Part shown: positions 1 through 17,430 of the stretch, one piece after another
Numbering within the stretch: the first letter of the stretch is position 1
Layout of the letters: each line of letters begins with the position of its first letter
Sequence record: NC_054905.1
DNA length: 64,000 nt
Origin: Enterobacteria phage Kha5h
Direction: 5' to 3' (one strand)
Made by a program: the position numbers and the translations under genes
Notes under the pieces: generated by a model
Told to the model about the DNA's origin: nothing
The model's database searches: none
Seen by the model: only the letters and a program-made list of their open reading frames with translations

Positions 1-1958
1 AATTAACAAGAACAGCAAATGCTATTCCCGAGATATTCGTCGGGGGTACGTTTGCTGAAATAAAACAAAACCTCATTGAATGGCTTAATGGCCAAAATGA
101 ATTTTTGGATTATGATTTTGAAGGCTCAAGATTAAACGTTCTGTGTGACCTTTTGGCTTATAATACATTGTACATTCAGCAATTTGGTAATGCTGCTGTG
201 TATGAAAGCTTTATGCGTACTGCTAACTTACGAAGTTCAGTTGTTCAAGCTGCACAAGATAACGGATATTTACCTACTTCAAAATCAGCTGCTCAAACTG
301 AAATTATGCTAACTTGCACAGACGCATTGAATAGAAATTACATTACTATTCCTCGTGGTACTCGCTTTTTAGCATATGCAAAAGATACTTCTGTTAATCC
401 ATATAACTTCGTTTCTACCGAAGACGTTATTGCTATTCGTGATAAAAATAACCAATATTTTCCACGTTTAAAATTGGCCCAGGGACGTATAGTAAGAACT
501 GAAATCATTTATGATAAATTAACACCTATTATCATTTATGATAAAAATATTGATAGAAACCAGGTTAAATTATATGTTGATGGAGCGGAATGGATTAACT
601 GGACGAGAAAGTCAATGGTTCATGCTGGTTCAACATCAACGATTTACTATATGCGTGAAACTATTGATGGAAACACTGAATTCTATTTTGGCGAAGGTGA
701 AATTTCTGTTAATGCTTCTGAAGGAGCTTTGACCGCTAATTATATCGGAGGTCTTAAACCTACCCAGAACTCTACGATTGTTATTGAGTACATCAGTACT
801 AACGGTGCAGATGCGAATGGCGCAGTCGGATTTTCATATGCAGATACATTAACAAATATAACTGTCATCAATATTAATGAAAATCCAAACGACGACCCAG
901 ATTTTGTCGGAGCAGATGGCGGCGGTGATCCAGAAGATATTGAACGTATTCGTGAATTGGGTACTATTAAGCGTGAAACTCAGCAGCGATGTGTAACTGC
1001 GACAGATTATGATACATTTGTCTCAGAAAGATTTGGTTCTATTATTCAAGCCGTTCAGACTTTCACTGATTCTACTAAACCTGGTTATGCATTTATTGCT
1101 GCTAAACCCAAATCAGGATTGTATTTAACTACTGTGCAGCGTGAAGATATTAAAAATTATCTCAAAGATTATAATTTAGCACCTATTACACCATCAATTA
1201 TTTCTCCTAATTATCTTTTCATTAAGACTAATTTAAAAGTCACATATGCTTTAAATAAGCTGCAAGAATCTGAACAGTGGCTTGAAGGTCAAATAATTGA
1301 TAAAATTGATCGTTATTATACCGAAGATGTAGAAATTTTTAACTCGTCTTTTGCCAAGTCTAAGATGTTGACATATGTAGATGATGCAGATCATTCTATC
1401 ATTGGTTCATCAGCGACAATTCAAATTGTTCGTGAAGTACAAAACTTCTATAAAACGCCTGAAGCAGGTATTAAATACAATAATCAAATAAAAGATCGTT
1501 CTATGGAATCTAATACGTTTTCATTTAATTCTGGACGAAAGGTTGTAAATCCTGATACTGGTTTAGAAGAAGATGTATTATATGACGTTCGTATAGTATC
1601 AACAGACCGAGATTCTAAAGGAATTGGTAAAGTTATTATTGGTCCATTTGCTTCTGGCGATGTTACAGAAAATGAAAACATTCAGCCGTATACAGGCAAC
1701 GATTTTAACAAATTAGCAAATTCTGATGGACGCGACAAATATTATGTTATCGGTGAAATAAATTATCCAGCTGACATGATTTATTGGAATATCGCTAAAA
1801 TTAATTTAACATCTGAAAAATTTGAAGTTCAGACTATTGAATTATATTCTGACCCAACCGATGATGTTATCTTTACTCGCGATGGTTCACTGATTGTATT
1901 TGAAAATGACTTACGTCCACAATACTTAACTATCGATTTGGAGCCTATATCACAATGA
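1..1958 (+). CDS. 6: Baseplate wedge protein gp6 (5' end truncated by window edge)
   Basis: Frame is open from position 3 upstream of the track M at 105; 617 aa track ORF recognised as T4 gp6-like; stop overlaps the gp7 start (ATGA). Confidence 0.9.
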   Translation, partial: LTRTANAIPEIFVGGTFAEIKQNLIEWLNGQNEFLDYDFEGSRLNVLCDLLAYNTLYIQQFGNAAVYESFMRTANLRSSVVQAAQDNGYLPTSKSAAQTEIMLTCTDALNRNYITIPRGTRFLAYAKDTSVNPYNFVSTEDVIAIRDKNNQYFPRLKLAQGRIVRTEIIYDKLTPIIIYDKNIDRNQVKLYVDGAEWINWTRKSMVHAGSTSTIYYMRETIDGNTEFYFGEGEISVNASEGALTANYIGGLKPTQNSTIVIEYISTNGADANGAVGFSYADTLTNITVININENPNDDPDFVGADGGGDPEDIERIRELGTIKRETQQRCVTATDYDTFVSERFGSIIQAVQTFTDSTKPGYAFIAAKPKSGLYLTTVQREDIKNYLKDYNLAPITPSIISPNYLFIKTNLKVTYALNKLQESEQWLEGQIIDKIDRYYTEDVEIFNSSFAKSKMLTYVDDADHSIIGSSATIQIVREVQNFYKTPEAGIKYNNQIKDRSMESNTFSFNSGRKVVNPDTGLEEDVLYDVRIVSTDRDSKGIGKVIIGPFASGDVTENENIQPYTGNDFNKLANSDGRDKYYVIGEINYPADMIYWNIAKINLTSEKFEVQTIELYSDPTDDVIFTRDGSLIVFENDLRPQYLTIDLEPISQ

Positions 1959-4900
1959 CAGTAAAAGCACCTTCAGTCACTAGTCTCAGAATTTCCAAGT
2001 TATCCGCAAATCAGGTGCAAGTACGCTGGGATGACGTTGGTGCTAATTTCTACTATTTTGTAGAAATCGCTGAGACAAAAACAGACTCGGGGGAAAAACT
2101 CCCGAGTAATCAATACAGATGGATTAATTTAGGATATACAGCAAATAATAGTTTCTTTTTTGATGATGCTGATCCATTAACAACATACATTATTAGAGTA
2201 GCCACAGCTGCGCAAGATTTTGAGCAGTCTGATTGGATTTATACCGAAGAGTTTGAAACTTTTGCTACAAATGCTTATACATTTCAAAACATGATTGAAA
2301 TGCAATTAGCCAATAAATTCATTCAGGAAAAATTTACTCTTAATAATTCTGATTATGTTAATTTTAATAATGACACTATAATGGCTGCATTGATGAATGA
2401 ATCATTTCAATTCAGCCCATCATATGTTGATGTTTCATCAATAAGTAATTTTATTATTGGTGAAAATGAGTATCATGAAATACAGGGCTCTATTCAGCAG
2501 GTATGTAAGGATATTAACCGAGTTTATTTGATGGAATCAGAAGGGATTCTATATCTTTTTGAGCGTTATCAACCTGTAGTTAAAGTATCCAATGATAAAG
2601 GACAAACCTGGAAAGCTGTAAAGCTCTTCAATGACCGCGTAGGATATCCTTTATCTAAGACAGTATATTACCAATCTGCGAACACAACATACGTTCTAGG
2701 ATACGACAAGATTTTCTATGGCCGCAAATCTACTGATGTTAGATGGTCAGCTGACGATGTCAGATTTAGTTCTCAGGATATAACATTTGCTAAACTTGGC
2801 GACCAATTACATTTAGGATTTGATGTAGAAATTTTTGCCACTTACGCGACTTTACCAGCGAATGTATATCGCATTGCAGAAGCTATTACTTGCACCGATG
2901 ATTACATTTACGTTGTCGCCAGAGACAAAGTTAGATACATAAAAACGAGCAATGCACCTATAGATTCTGATCCATTATCTCCAACATATTCGGAAAGGCT
3001 TTTTGAACCTGATACAATGACTATAACCGGAAATCCTAAAGCAGTATGCTATAAAATGGATTCTATCGGTGATAAAGTTTTTGCTCTTATTATTGGTGAA
3101 GTTGAAACATTAAATGCTAATCCTAGAACATCAAAAATAATTGATTCTGCTGATAAAGGAATATATGTTTTAAATCACGACACAAAAACGTGGAAAAGAG
3201 TTTTTGGCAACACTGAAGAAGAAAGAAGACGTATTCAACCGGGGTATGCGAATATGTCAACTGATGGTAAATTAGTTTCTCTATCATCGAGTAATTTTAA
3301 ATTTTTAAGTGATAATGTTGTTAATGACCCTGAAACTGCCGCAAAATATCAGTTAATCGGTGCTGTTAAATATGAATTTCCTCGTGAATGGTTAGCTGAT
3401 AAGCATTATCATATGATGGCATTTATAGCAGATGAAAAGTCTGATTGGGAAACTTTTACTCCTCAGCCGATGAAATACTACGCAGAACCGTTCTTTAACT
3501 GGTCTAAAAAATCTAACACACGTTGTTGGATAAACAACTCTGATAGGGTTGTAGTAGTTTATGCTGATTTAAAATACACCAAGGTTATAGAAAATATTCC
3601 TGAAACATCACCAGATAGATTAGTTCATGAATACTGGGATGATGGCGATTGTACTATAGTAATGCCAAATGTTAAATTCACTGGATTTAAAAAATATGCA
3701 TCTGGGATGCTTTTCTATAAAGCTTCTGGTGAAATAATTTCTTACTATGATTTTAACTATCGTGTTAGAGACACTGTCGAAATTATTTGGAAGCCAACTG
3801 AAGTATTTTTAAAAGCATTTTTACAAAACCAAGAGCATGAAACTCCTTGGTCGCCTGAAGAAGAGCGTGGATTAGCTGACCCTGATTTAAGACCATTGAT
3901 TGGCACAATGATGCCTGATTCTTATTTGTTACAGGATTCTAATTTTGAGGCATTTTGCGAAGCATATATTCAGTATCTTTCTGATGGATATGGAACTCAG
4001 TATAACAATTTACGAAATTTAATTCGTAACAAATATCCACGAGAAGAGCATGCATGGGAATATTTGTGGTCAGAGATATATAAAAGAAACATTTATTTAA
4101 ATGCTGACAAACGTGATGCTGTTACAAGATTTTTTGAATCACGTAGCTATGATTTTTATTCTACTAAAGGAATTGAAGCATCATACAAATTTCTTTTTAA
4201 AGTTCTTTATAATGAAGAGGTTGAAATTGAAATTGAATCTGGGGCTGGTACTGAATATGATATAATCGTTCAATCTGATTCTTTGACTGAAGACTTAGTA
4301 GGACAAACGATTTATACAGCCACAGGAAGATGTAATGTTACTTATATAGAAAGAAGCTATTCTAATGGTAAATTGCAATGGACCGTAACTATTCATAATC
4401 TTTTGGGAAGATTGATTGCCGGTCAAGAAGTTAAAGCAGAAAGACTTCCTAGTTTTGAAGGCGAAATTATTCGTGGAGTTAAAGGGAAGGATTTGCTTCA
4501 AAATAATATAGACTATATTAATAGAAGTCGGTCATATTATGTAATGAAAATTAAATCCAATTTGCCTTCTTCCCGCTGGAAATCTGACGTTATTCGTTTT
4601 GTTCATCCAGTAGGATTTGGATTTATAGCAATTACCCTTTTAACAATGTTTATTAATGTTGGTTTAACTCTTAAACACACAGAGACTATAATTAATAAAT
4701 ACAAAAACTATAAATGGGATTCTGGATTGCCTACTGAATATGCTGATAGAGTAGCTAAATTAACTCCAACCGGTGAAATTGAGCATGATTCAGTAACAGG
4801 CGAAGCAATTTATGAGCCTGGCCCAATGGCTGGCGTAGAATATCCTCTTCCTGATGACTATAATGCTGAAAATAACAATTCAATATTTCAAGGTCAATTG

Positions 4901-5053
4901 CCGTCTGAACGACGCAAATTAATGAGTCCTTTATTTGATGCATCTGGAACAACATTTGCGCAATTTAGGGATTTAGTTAATAAACGTCTAAAAGATAATA
5001 TAGGAAATCCAAGAGACCCTGAAAATCCAACACAGGTTAAAATAGATGAATGA
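1955..5053 (+). CDS. 7: Baseplate wedge initiator gp7
   Basis: 1032 aa ORF, same length as T4 gp7; position between gp6 and gp8; start overlaps gp6 stop. Confidence 0.9.
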   Translation: MTVKAPSVTSLRISKLSANQVQVRWDDVGANFYYFVEIAETKTDSGEKLPSNQYRWINLGYTANNSFFFDDADPLTTYIIRVATAAQDFEQSDWIYTEEFETFATNAYTFQNMIEMQLANKFIQEKFTLNNSDYVNFNNDTIMAALMNESFQFSPSYVDVSSISNFIIGENEYHEIQGSIQQVCKDINRVYLMESEGILYLFERYQPVVKVSNDKGQTWKAVKLFNDRVGYPLSKTVYYQSANTTYVLGYDKIFYGRKSTDVRWSADDVRFSSQDITFAKLGDQLHLGFDVEIFATYATLPANVYRIAEAITCTDDYIYVVARDKVRYIKTSNAPIDSDPLSPTYSERLFEPDTMTITGNPKAVCYKMDSIGDKVFALIIGEVETLNANPRTSKIIDSADKGIYVLNHDTKTWKRVFGNTEEERRRIQPGYANMSTDGKLVSLSSSNFKFLSDNVVNDPETAAKYQLIGAVKYEFPREWLADKHYHMMAFIADEKSDWETFTPQPMKYYAEPFFNWSKKSNTRCWINNSDRVVVVYADLKYTKVIENIPETSPDRLVHEYWDDGDCTIVMPNVKFTGFKKYASGMLFYKASGEIISYYDFNYRVRDTVEIIWKPTEVFLKAFLQNQEHETPWSPEEERGLADPDLRPLIGTMMPDSYLLQDSNFEAFCEAYIQYLSDGYGTQYNNLRNLIRNKYPREEHAWEYLWSEIYKRNIYLNADKRDAVTRFFESRSYDFYSTKGIEASYKFLFKVLYNEEVEIEIESGAGTEYDIIVQSDSLTEDLVGQTIYTATGRCNVTYIERSYSNGKLQWTVTIHNLLGRLIAGQEVKAERLPSFEGEIIRGVKGKDLLQNNIDYINRSRSYYVMKIKSNLPSSRWKSDVIRFVHPVGFGFIAITLLTMFINVGLTLKHTETIINKYKNYKWDSGLPTEYADRVAKLTPTGEIEHDSVTGEAIYEPGPMAGVEYPLPDDYNAENNNSIFQGQLPSERRKLMSPLFDASGTTFAQFRDLVNKRLKDNIGNPRDPENPTQVKIDE

Positions 5054-6050
5054 TTCAAGTGTTATCTATCGTGCGATAGTTACTTCAAAATTTAGAACAG
5101 AAAAAATGTTGAATTTTTATAATTCAATTGGAAGTGGTCCGGATAAAAACACTATCTTTATCACATTTGGAAGATCAGAACCGTGGTCATCAAATGAAAA
5201 TGAGGTGGGCTTTGCTCCACCTTATCCAACTGATTCTGTATTAGGCGTAACTGACATGTGGACGCATATGATGGGAACCGTAAAGGTTCTTCCATCTATG
5301 CTTGATGCAGTTATTCCTCGTAGAGATTGGGGAGATACTAGATATCCGGATCCATATACATTTAGAATTAACGATATTGTAGTGTGTAACTCAGCTCCTT
5401 ACAATGCTACTGAATCAGGCGCAGGCTGGTTAGTATATCGCTGTTTAGATGTTCCTGACACAGGAATGTGTTCAATTGAGTCTTTAACTAATAAGGATGA
5501 ATGCCTTAAGTTAGGTGGAAAATGGACTCCTTCTGTTAGGTCAATGACTCCTCCTGAAGGTCGAGGAGACGCGGAAGGAACAATCGAACCAGGAGACGGA
5601 TATGTTTGGGAATATCTTTTTGAGATTCCGCCTGATGTATCTATAAATAGATGCACGAATGAATATATCGTGGTTCCTTGGCCTGAGGAATTAAAAGAAG
5701 ACCCGGCTAGATGGGGGTATGAAGATAATCTCACCTGGCAACAAGATGATTTTGGATTAATTTACCGTGTTAAGGCAAATACTATCCGTTTTAAAGCATA
5801 TTTAGATTCAGTTTATTTTCCAGAAGCTGCATTGCCGGGAAATAAAGGATTTAGACAAATATCAATAATCACGAATCCTCTTGAAGCTAAAGCTCATCCA
5901 AATGACCCAAACGTTAAAGCTGAAAAGGATTATTATGATCCGGAAGATTTAATGAGGCATTCGGGCGAAATGATTTATATGGAAAATAGGCCACCTATTA
6001 TCATGGCAATGGATCAAACAGAAGAAATCAATATTCTGTTTACATTTTAA
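5046..6050 (+). CDS. 8: Baseplate wedge protein gp8
   Basis: 334 aa ORF, T4 gp8 length and synteny; 8-nt overlap with gp7. Confidence 0.9.
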   Translation: MNDSSVIYRAIVTSKFRTEKMLNFYNSIGSGPDKNTIFITFGRSEPWSSNENEVGFAPPYPTDSVLGVTDMWTHMMGTVKVLPSMLDAVIPRRDWGDTRYPDPYTFRINDIVVCNSAPYNATESGAGWLVYRCLDVPDTGMCSIESLTNKDECLKLGGKWTPSVRSMTPPEGRGDAEGTIEPGDGYVWEYLFEIPPDVSINRCTNEYIVVPWPEELKEDPARWGYEDNLTWQQDDFGLIYRVKANTIRFKAYLDSVYFPEAALPGNKGFRQISIITNPLEAKAHPNDPNVKAEKDYYDPEDLMRHSGEMIYMENRPPIIMAMDQTEEINILFTF

Positions 6051-6055
6051 CTTAA

Positions 6056-6082
6056 GGGAGCCCATGGGCTCCCTTTTTCTTT
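6056..6082 (+). terminator. Rho-independent terminator after gene 8
   Basis: Perfect palindrome GGGAGCCCATGGGCTCCC followed by TTTTTCTTT. Confidence 0.8.
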
Positions 6083-6089
6083 ATAAATA
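6082..6089 (+). promoter_or_regulatory. Late promoter TATAAATA for gene 9
   Basis: Exact TATAAATA about 25 nt upstream of the gene 9 ATG. Confidence 0.7.
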
Positions 6090-6113
6090 CTATAAACTCA
6101 TAAGGAAACCGCT

Positions 6114-6980
6114 ATGTTCATTCAAGAACCAAAGAAATTGATTGATACCGGCGAAATTGGTAACGCTTCTACTGGTGATATCTTATTCGACGGTGGTAAT
6201 AAAATTAATAGTGATTTTAACGCAATTTATAATGCGTTTGGCGATCAACGTAAAATGGCAGTAGCAAATGGAACTGGAGCAGATGGCCAAATTATCCATG
6301 CTACCGGATATTATCAAAAACACTCTATTGCAGAGTACGCAACTCCAGTAAAAGTTGGCACTAGGCATGATATTGATACCTCTACTGTAGGTGTTAAAGT
6401 TATCATTGAAAGAGGCGAACTTGGCGACTGCGTTGAATTTATTAACTCAAATGGATCTATATCAGTTACTAATCCTTTAACAATTCAAGCCATTGATTCA
6501 ATTAAAGGTGTTTCGGGTAATTTAGTAGTAACTAGCCCATATAGTAAAGTTACTTTACGCTGTATTTCATCTGATAATTCTACGTCGGTTTGGAATTATT
6601 CTATTGAAAGTATGTTTGGACAAAAGGAATCACCAGCTGAAGGTACATGGAATATTTCTACATCTGGATCAGTTGATATTCCACTATTTCATCGCACTGA
6701 ATACAATATGGCTAAATTACTAGTTACATGCCAATCGGTAGATGGAAGAAAAATTAAAACAGCAGAAATAAATATTCTTGTGGATACTGTCAATTCAGAG
6801 GTAATTTCTTCTGAATATGCTGTCATGCGAGTTGGGAATGAAACCGAAGAAGACGAAATCGCTAATATTGCATTTAGTATTAAAGAAAATTACGTAACGG
6901 CGACTATAAGTTCTTCAACTGTCGGTATGAGAGCAGCAGTTAAAGTTATCGCTACGCAGAAAATCGGGGTGGCTCAATAA
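6114..6980 (+). CDS. 9: Baseplate wedge / long tail fibre socket protein gp9
   Basis: 288 aa, synteny; preceded by terminator hairpin and TATAAATA late promoter. Confidence 0.9.
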   Translation: MFIQEPKKLIDTGEIGNASTGDILFDGGNKINSDFNAIYNAFGDQRKMAVANGTGADGQIIHATGYYQKHSIAEYATPVKVGTRHDIDTSTVGVKVIIERGELGDCVEFINSNGSISVTNPLTIQAIDSIKGVSGNLVVTSPYSKVTLRCISSDNSTSVWNYSIESMFGQKESPAEGTWNISTSGSVDIPLFHRTEYNMAKLLVTCQSVDGRKIKTAEINILVDTVNSEVISSEYAVMRVGNETEEDEIANIAFSIKENYVTATISSSTVGMRAAVKVIATQKIGVAQ

Positions 6981-8788
6981 TGAAACAAAATATTAATATC
7001 GGTAATGTTGTAGATGATGGTACCGGTGACTACCTGCGTAAAGGTGGTATAAAAATAAATGAAAACTTTGATGAGCTTTATTATGAACTCGGTGATGGTG
7101 ATGTTCCATATTCAGCCGGTGCCTGGAAAACTTATAATGCTTCATCAGGACAAACATTAACAGCAGAATGGGGAAAATCGTACGCTATTAATACATCTTC
7201 TGGAAGAGTGACTATAAATCTTCCAAAGGGCACAGTTAATGATTACAACAAGGTAATTAGAGCTAGAGACGTATTTGCTACATGGAACGTCAACCCAGTT
7301 ACACTAGTAGCTGCTTCCGGCGATACGATTAAAGGGTCTGCAGTACCAGTTGAAATTAATGTTCAATTCAGCGATTTAGAACTAGTGTATTGTGCCCCAG
7401 GACGTTGGGAATATGTCAAAAATAAACAAATTGACAAAATTACCAGTTCAGACATTAGTAATGTAGCTCGTAAAGAATTTTTAGTTGAAGTTCAAGGACA
7501 AACGGACTTTTTAGATGTTTTCCGTGGAACTAGTTATAATGTAAATAACATCAGAGTAAAACATCGTGGTAACGAATTATATTACGGCGATGTGTTTAGC
7601 GAAAACAGTGATTTTGGCTCTCCAGGCGAAAATGAAGGAGAACTGGTTCCTCTTGATGGATTTAATATTCGATTAAGACAGCCTTGTAATATTGGTGACA
7701 CTGTTCAAATTGAAACATTTATGGATGGTGTATCGCAGTGGAGAAGTTCATATACAAGACGTCAAATTAGATTGTTAGATTCAAAATTAACGTCAAAAAC
7801 TTCTCTAGAAGGAAGTATTTACGTTACTGATTTATCAACAATGAAATCAATTCCATTTTCTGCTTTTGGATTAATTCCAGGAGAACCTATTAATCCTAAC
7901 TCTCTTGAGGTTCGTTTTAATGGGATTTTGCAGGAATTGGCTGGCACAGTTGGAATGCCATTATTTCATTGTGTTGGTGCCGATTCAGACGATGAAGTAG
8001 AATGCTCTGTTTTAGGTGGAACTTGGGAACAATCTCATACCGATTATTCAGTTGAAACTGATGAAAACGGCATACCGGAAATTTTACATTTCGATAGAGT
8101 ATTTGAGCATGGTGACATTATCAATATCACCTGGTTTAATAATGATTTGGGTACATTATTAACAAAAGATGAGATTATTGATGAAACTGATAATCTTTAT
8201 GTATCGCAAGGACCAGGGGTAGATATTTCCGGTGATGTAAATTTAACAGACTTCGATAAAATTGGTTGGCCAAATGTAGAAGCAGTTCAATCTTATCAAC
8301 GCGAATTTAATGCTGTTTCAAATATCTTTGATACGATTTATCCTATTGGAACTATATATGAAAACGCTGTTAATCCAAACAACCCTGTTACATATATGGG
8401 ATTCGGCTCATGGAAATTATTTGGGCAAGGAAAAGTTTTAGTTGGATGGAATGAAGATATTTCGGATCCGAATTTTGCTCTAAATAACAATGATTTAGAT
8501 TCTGGCGGAAATCCTTCGCATACTGCAGGTGGAACAGGTGGTTCTACTTCTGTTACATTGGAAAATGCTAATCTTCCTGCAACTGAAACAGATGAAGAAG
8601 TTCTAATAGTTGATGAAAATGGATCAGTCATTGTTGGTGGGTGTCAATACGATCCAGATGAATCCGGTCCAATCTACACTAAATACCGTGAAGCTAAAGC
8701 ATCTACTAACTCTACTCACACTCCGCCAACATCAATAACTAACATTCAACCATATATTACAGTTTATCGTTGGATAAGGATTGCATAA
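6980..8788 (+). CDS. 10: Baseplate wedge protein gp10
   Basis: 602 aa, T4 gp10 length; start overlaps gp9 stop. Confidence 0.9.
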   Translation: MKQNINIGNVVDDGTGDYLRKGGIKINENFDELYYELGDGDVPYSAGAWKTYNASSGQTLTAEWGKSYAINTSSGRVTINLPKGTVNDYNKVIRARDVFATWNVNPVTLVAASGDTIKGSAVPVEINVQFSDLELVYCAPGRWEYVKNKQIDKITSSDISNVARKEFLVEVQGQTDFLDVFRGTSYNVNNIRVKHRGNELYYGDVFSENSDFGSPGENEGELVPLDGFNIRLRQPCNIGDTVQIETFMDGVSQWRSSYTRRQIRLLDSKLTSKTSLEGSIYVTDLSTMKSIPFSAFGLIPGEPINPNSLEVRFNGILQELAGTVGMPLFHCVGADSDDEVECSVLGGTWEQSHTDYSVETDENGIPEILHFDRVFEHGDIINITWFNNDLGTLLTKDEIIDETDNLYVSQGPGVDISGDVNLTDFDKIGWPNVEAVQSYQREFNAVSNIFDTIYPIGTIYENAVNPNNPVTYMGFGSWKLFGQGKVLVGWNEDISDPNFALNNNDLDSGGNPSHTAGGTGGSTSVTLENANLPATETDEEVLIVDENGSVIVGGCQYDPDESGPIYTKYREAKASTNSTHTPPTSITNIQPYITVYRWIRIA

Positions 8789-9447
8789 TGAGTTTACTTA
8801 ATAATAAAGCGGGAGTTATTTCCCGCTTAGCCGATTTTCTTGGTTTTAGACCTAAAGCTGGTAATATAGATGTAATGAATCGTCAATCAGTTGGGTCAGT
8901 GACAATTTCTCAATTAGCGAAAGGATTTTATGAACCAAACGTAGAATCAGCTATTAATGACGTTCATAATTTTTCTATAAAAGACGTTGGTACAATTATT
9001 ACTAATAAAACTGGTGTTTCGCCTGAGGGTGTTTCTCAAACTGATTATTGGGCATTTTCGGGAACGGTAACAGACGATTCGCTTCCTCCTGGTTCTCCTG
9101 TTACTGTATTAGTATTTGGTCTTCCAGTTTCAGCAACTACTGGAATGACGGCAATTGAGTTTGTTGCAAAAGTTCGTGTTGCCCTTCAAGAAGCTATTGC
9201 GTCATTTACTGCTATCAACTCATATAAAGACCATCCAACAGATGGTAGTAAATTAGAAGTTACTTATTTAGATAATCAAAAACATGTATTAAGCACATAT
9301 TCTACATATGGAATAACTATTTCACAGGAAATTATTTCTGAGTCTAAACCTGGCTACGGTACATGGAATTTATTAGGCGCACAAACTGTAACTTTAGATA
9401 ATCAGCAGACTCCTACAGTATTTTATCATTTTGAGAGAACAGCATGA
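8788..9447 (+). CDS. 11: Baseplate wedge / short-fibre attachment protein gp11
   Basis: Track ORF starts at an upstream TTG (8770); the ATG at 8788 overlapping the gp10 stop gives 219 aa as in T4 gp11. Confidence 0.85.
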   Translation: MSLLNNKAGVISRLADFLGFRPKAGNIDVMNRQSVGSVTISQLAKGFYEPNVESAINDVHNFSIKDVGTIITNKTGVSPEGVSQTDYWAFSGTVTDDSLPPGSPVTVLVFGLPVSATTGMTAIEFVAKVRVALQEAIASFTAINSYKDHPTDGSKLEVTYLDNQKHVLSTYSTYGITISQEIISESKPGYGTWNLLGAQTVTLDNQQTPTVFYHFERTA

Positions 9448-11027
9448 GTAATAATACATATCAACACGTTTCTAATGAATCTCGTTATGTAAAATTTGAT
9501 CCTACCGATACGAATTTTCCACCAGAGATTACTGATGTTCAGGCTGCTATAGCAGCCATTTCTCCTGCTGGCGTAAATGGAGTTCCTGATGCATCGTCAA
9601 CAACAAAGGGAATTTTATTTCTTGCCACTGAACAGGAAGTTATAGATGGAACTAATAATACCAAAGCAGTTACACCAGCAACGTTGGCAACAAGATTATC
9701 TTATCCAAACGCAACTGAAACTGTTTACGGATTAACAAGATATTCAACCAATGATGAAGCCATTGCCGGAGTTAATAATGAATCTTCTATAACTCCAGCT
9801 AAATTTACTGTTGCTCTTAATAATGCGTTTGAAACTCGTGTTTCAACTGAATCCTCGAATGGTGTTATTAAAATTTCATCTCTACCGCAAGCATTAGCTG
9901 GTGCAGATGATACTACTGCAATGACTCCATTAAAAACACAGCAGTTAGCTATTAAATTAATTGCGCAAATTGCTCCTTCTGAAACCACAGCTACAGAGTC
10001 TGACCAGGGTGTTGTTCAATTAGCAACAGTAGCACAGGTTCGTCAGGGAACTTTAAGAGAAGGCTATGCAATTTCTCCTTATACGTTTATGAATTCATCT
10101 GCTACTGAAGAATATAAAGGCGTAATTAAATTAGGAACACAATCAGAAGTTAACTCGAATAATGCTTCTGTTGCGGTTACTGGCGCAACTCTTAATGGTC
10201 GCGGTTCTACAACGTCAATGAGAGGAGTTGTTAGATTAACAACAACGGCCGGTTCACAAAGCGGAGGCGATGCTTCATCAGCACTAGCTTGGAATGCTGA
10301 CGTTATCCACCAAAGAGGCGGTCAAACTATTAATGGAACACTCCGCATTAATAACACGCTCACGATAGCTTCAGGTGGAGCAAATATTACCGGAACAGTT
10401 AACATGACCGGTGGTTATATTCAAGGTAAGCGTGTCGTAACACAAAATGAAATTGATAGAACTATTCCTGTCGGAGCTATTATGATGTGGGCCGCTGATA
10501 GTCTTCCTAGTGATGCTTGGCGTTTTTGCCACGGTGGAACTGTTTCAGCATCAGATTGTCCATTATATGCTTCTAGAATTGGAACAAGATACGGCGGAAG
10601 TTCATCAAATCCTGGATTACCTGATATGCGTGGTCTTTTTGTTCGCGGCTCTGGTCGTGGCTCTCACTTAACAAATCCAAATGTTAATGGTAATGACCAG
10701 TTTGGTAAGCCTAGATTAGGTGTAGGTTGTACTGGTGGATATGTTGGTGAAGTACAGAAACAACAGATGTCTTATCATAAACATGCTGGCGGATTTGGTG
10801 AGCATGATGATTCTGGAGCATTCGGTAATACCCGTAGATCAAATTTTGTTGGTACACGTAAAGGACTTGACTGGGATAACCGTTCATACTTCACCAATGA
10901 CGGATATGAAATTGACCCGGCATCACAACGAAATTCCAAATATACATTAAATCGTCCTGAATTAATTGGAAATGAAACACGTCCATGGAACATTTCTTTA
11001 AACTACATAATTAAGGTAAAAGAATGA
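9444..11027 (+). CDS. 12: Short tail fibre protein gp12
   Basis: 527 aa, T4 gp12 length; start overlaps gp11 stop; repetitive fibrous N-terminal half. Confidence 0.9.
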   Translation: MSNNTYQHVSNESRYVKFDPTDTNFPPEITDVQAAIAAISPAGVNGVPDASSTTKGILFLATEQEVIDGTNNTKAVTPATLATRLSYPNATETVYGLTRYSTNDEAIAGVNNESSITPAKFTVALNNAFETRVSTESSNGVIKISSLPQALAGADDTTAMTPLKTQQLAIKLIAQIAPSETTATESDQGVVQLATVAQVRQGTLREGYAISPYTFMNSSATEEYKGVIKLGTQSEVNSNNASVAVTGATLNGRGSTTSMRGVVRLTTTAGSQSGGDASSALAWNADVIHQRGGQTINGTLRINNTLTIASGGANITGTVNMTGGYIQGKRVVTQNEIDRTIPVGAIMMWAADSLPSDAWRFCHGGTVSASDCPLYASRIGTRYGGSSSNPGLPDMRGLFVRGSGRGSHLTNPNVNGNDQFGKPRLGVGCTGGYVGEVQKQQMSYHKHAGGFGEHDDSGAFGNTRRSNFVGTRKGLDWDNRSYFTNDGYEIDPASQRNSKYTLNRPELIGNETRPWNISLNYIIKVKE

Positions 11028-12487
11028 CAGATATTGTACTGAATGACTTACCATTCGTTGACGGCCCTCCTGCAGAGGGCCAGAGCCGCATTTCCTGGAT
11101 TAAAAACGGCGAAGAAATATTAGGAGCTGACACACAGTATGGAAGCGAAGGTTCAATGAATAGACCTACAGTTTCTGTACTAAGAAATGTTGAAGTTCTT
11201 GATAAAAACATTGGAATACTTAAAACATCTTTAGAAACCGCAAATAGTGATATTAAAACCATCCAGGGCATCTTAGATGTATCTGGTGATATTGAAGCTT
11301 TAGCGCAAATAAGTATCAATAAAAAGGATATTTCTGACCTCAAAACGCTAACCAGTGAACATACAGAAATATTAAATGGAACTAATAGTACTGTTGACAA
11401 CATTCTTGCTGATATTGGTCCATTTAACTCCGAGGCCAACTCTGTATACAGAACAATCAGAAATGATTTACTGTGGATAAAGCGTGAACTTGGACAATAC
11501 ACTGGTCAAGATATTAATGGTCTTCCTGTTGTAGGAAATCCTAGTAGTGGAATGAAGCATCGCATTATTAATAATACTGATGTCATTACTTCACAGGGAA
11601 TACGTTTAAGTGAATTAGAAACAAAATTTATTGAATCTGATGTAGGTTCTTTGACCATTGAAGTTGGTAATCTTCGCGAAGAGCTTGGACCGAAACCGCC
11701 GTCTTTTTCACAAACTGTTTATAGTCGTTTAAATGAAATTGACACTAAACAGACAACAGTTGAGTCTGACATTAGTGCTATTAAGACCTCAATAGGATAT
11801 CCAGGAAATAATTCGATTATTACGAGTGTTAATACAAACACTGATAATATTGCATCTATTAATTTAGAGCTAAATCAAAGTGGAGGTATTAAACAGCGTT
11901 TAACCGTTATTGAAACTTCTATTGGTTCAGATGATATTCCTTCGAGTATTAAAGGCCAAATCAAAGATAATACAACTTCAATCGAATCTTTAAATGGAAT
12001 CGTCGGTGAAAACACTTCATCTGGTTTAAGAGCGAATGTTTCGTGGTTAAACCAAATTGTTGGAACTGATTCTAGCGGTGGACAACCTTCTCCTCCTGGG
12101 TCTCTTTTAAACCGAGTTTCTACAATTGAAACTTCTGTTTCAGGCTTGAATAACGATGTTCAAAACCTACAAGTAGAGATTGGTAATAACAGCACAGGAA
12201 TTAAAGGACAAGTTGTAGCGTTAAATACTTTAGTAAATGGAACTAATCCAAACGGTTCAACTGTTGAAGAACGCGGATTAACCAATTCAATAAAAGCTAA
12301 CGAAACTAACATTGCATCAGTTACACAAGAAGTGAATACAGCTAAAGGCAATATATCTTCTTTACAAGACGATGTTCAAGCTCTCCAAGAAGCCGGTTAT
12401 ATTCCTGAAGCTCCAAAAGATGGCCAAGCTTACATTCGTAAAGACGGCGAATGGGTATTACTTTCTACCTTTTTATCACCAGCATAA
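11024..12487 (+). CDS. wac: Fibritin (whisker antigen control protein)
   Basis: 487 aa, T4 Wac length; segmented coiled-coil-like repeats; followed by GCAA-tetraloop hairpin. Confidence 0.9.
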   Translation: MTDIVLNDLPFVDGPPAEGQSRISWIKNGEEILGADTQYGSEGSMNRPTVSVLRNVEVLDKNIGILKTSLETANSDIKTIQGILDVSGDIEALAQISINKKDISDLKTLTSEHTEILNGTNSTVDNILADIGPFNSEANSVYRTIRNDLLWIKRELGQYTGQDINGLPVVGNPSSGMKHRIINNTDVITSQGIRLSELETKFIESDVGSLTIEVGNLREELGPKPPSFSQTVYSRLNEIDTKQTTVESDISAIKTSIGYPGNNSIITSVNTNTDNIASINLELNQSGGIKQRLTVIETSIGSDDIPSSIKGQIKDNTTSIESLNGIVGENTSSGLRANVSWLNQIVGTDSSGGQPSPPGSLLNRVSTIETSVSGLNNDVQNLQVEIGNNSTGIKGQVVALNTLVNGTNPNGSTVEERGLTNSIKANETNIASVTQEVNTAKGNISSLQDDVQALQEAGYIPEAPKDGQAYIRKDGEWVLLSTFLSPA

Positions 12488-12490
12488 CAT

Positions 12491-12506
12491 GGGGCCGCAA
12501 GGCCCC
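12491..12506 (+). terminator. GCAA-tetraloop hairpin after wac (terminator or RNA stability element)
   Basis: GGGGCC GCAA GGCCCC; weak U-tract. Confidence 0.55.
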
Positions 12507-12518
12507 AAAGGATTTTAA

Positions 12519-14220
<1,702 letters not shown>

Positions 14221-14261
14221 TAAATATTATAAACTAATTAAAGCCCAGATTAGGAGAAATC

Positions 14262-17402
<3,141 letters not shown>

Positions 17403-17430
17403 TATTAAAGCATATTAAAGAGGATTAAAA

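Noticed and set aside
538-732. 64-aa + strand ORF nested in gene 6
   Set aside because: Out-of-frame nested ORF within a well-supported structural gene
11011-11502. 163-aa - strand ORF overlapping the wac start
   Set aside because: Antisense to fibritin; no RBS or promoter support
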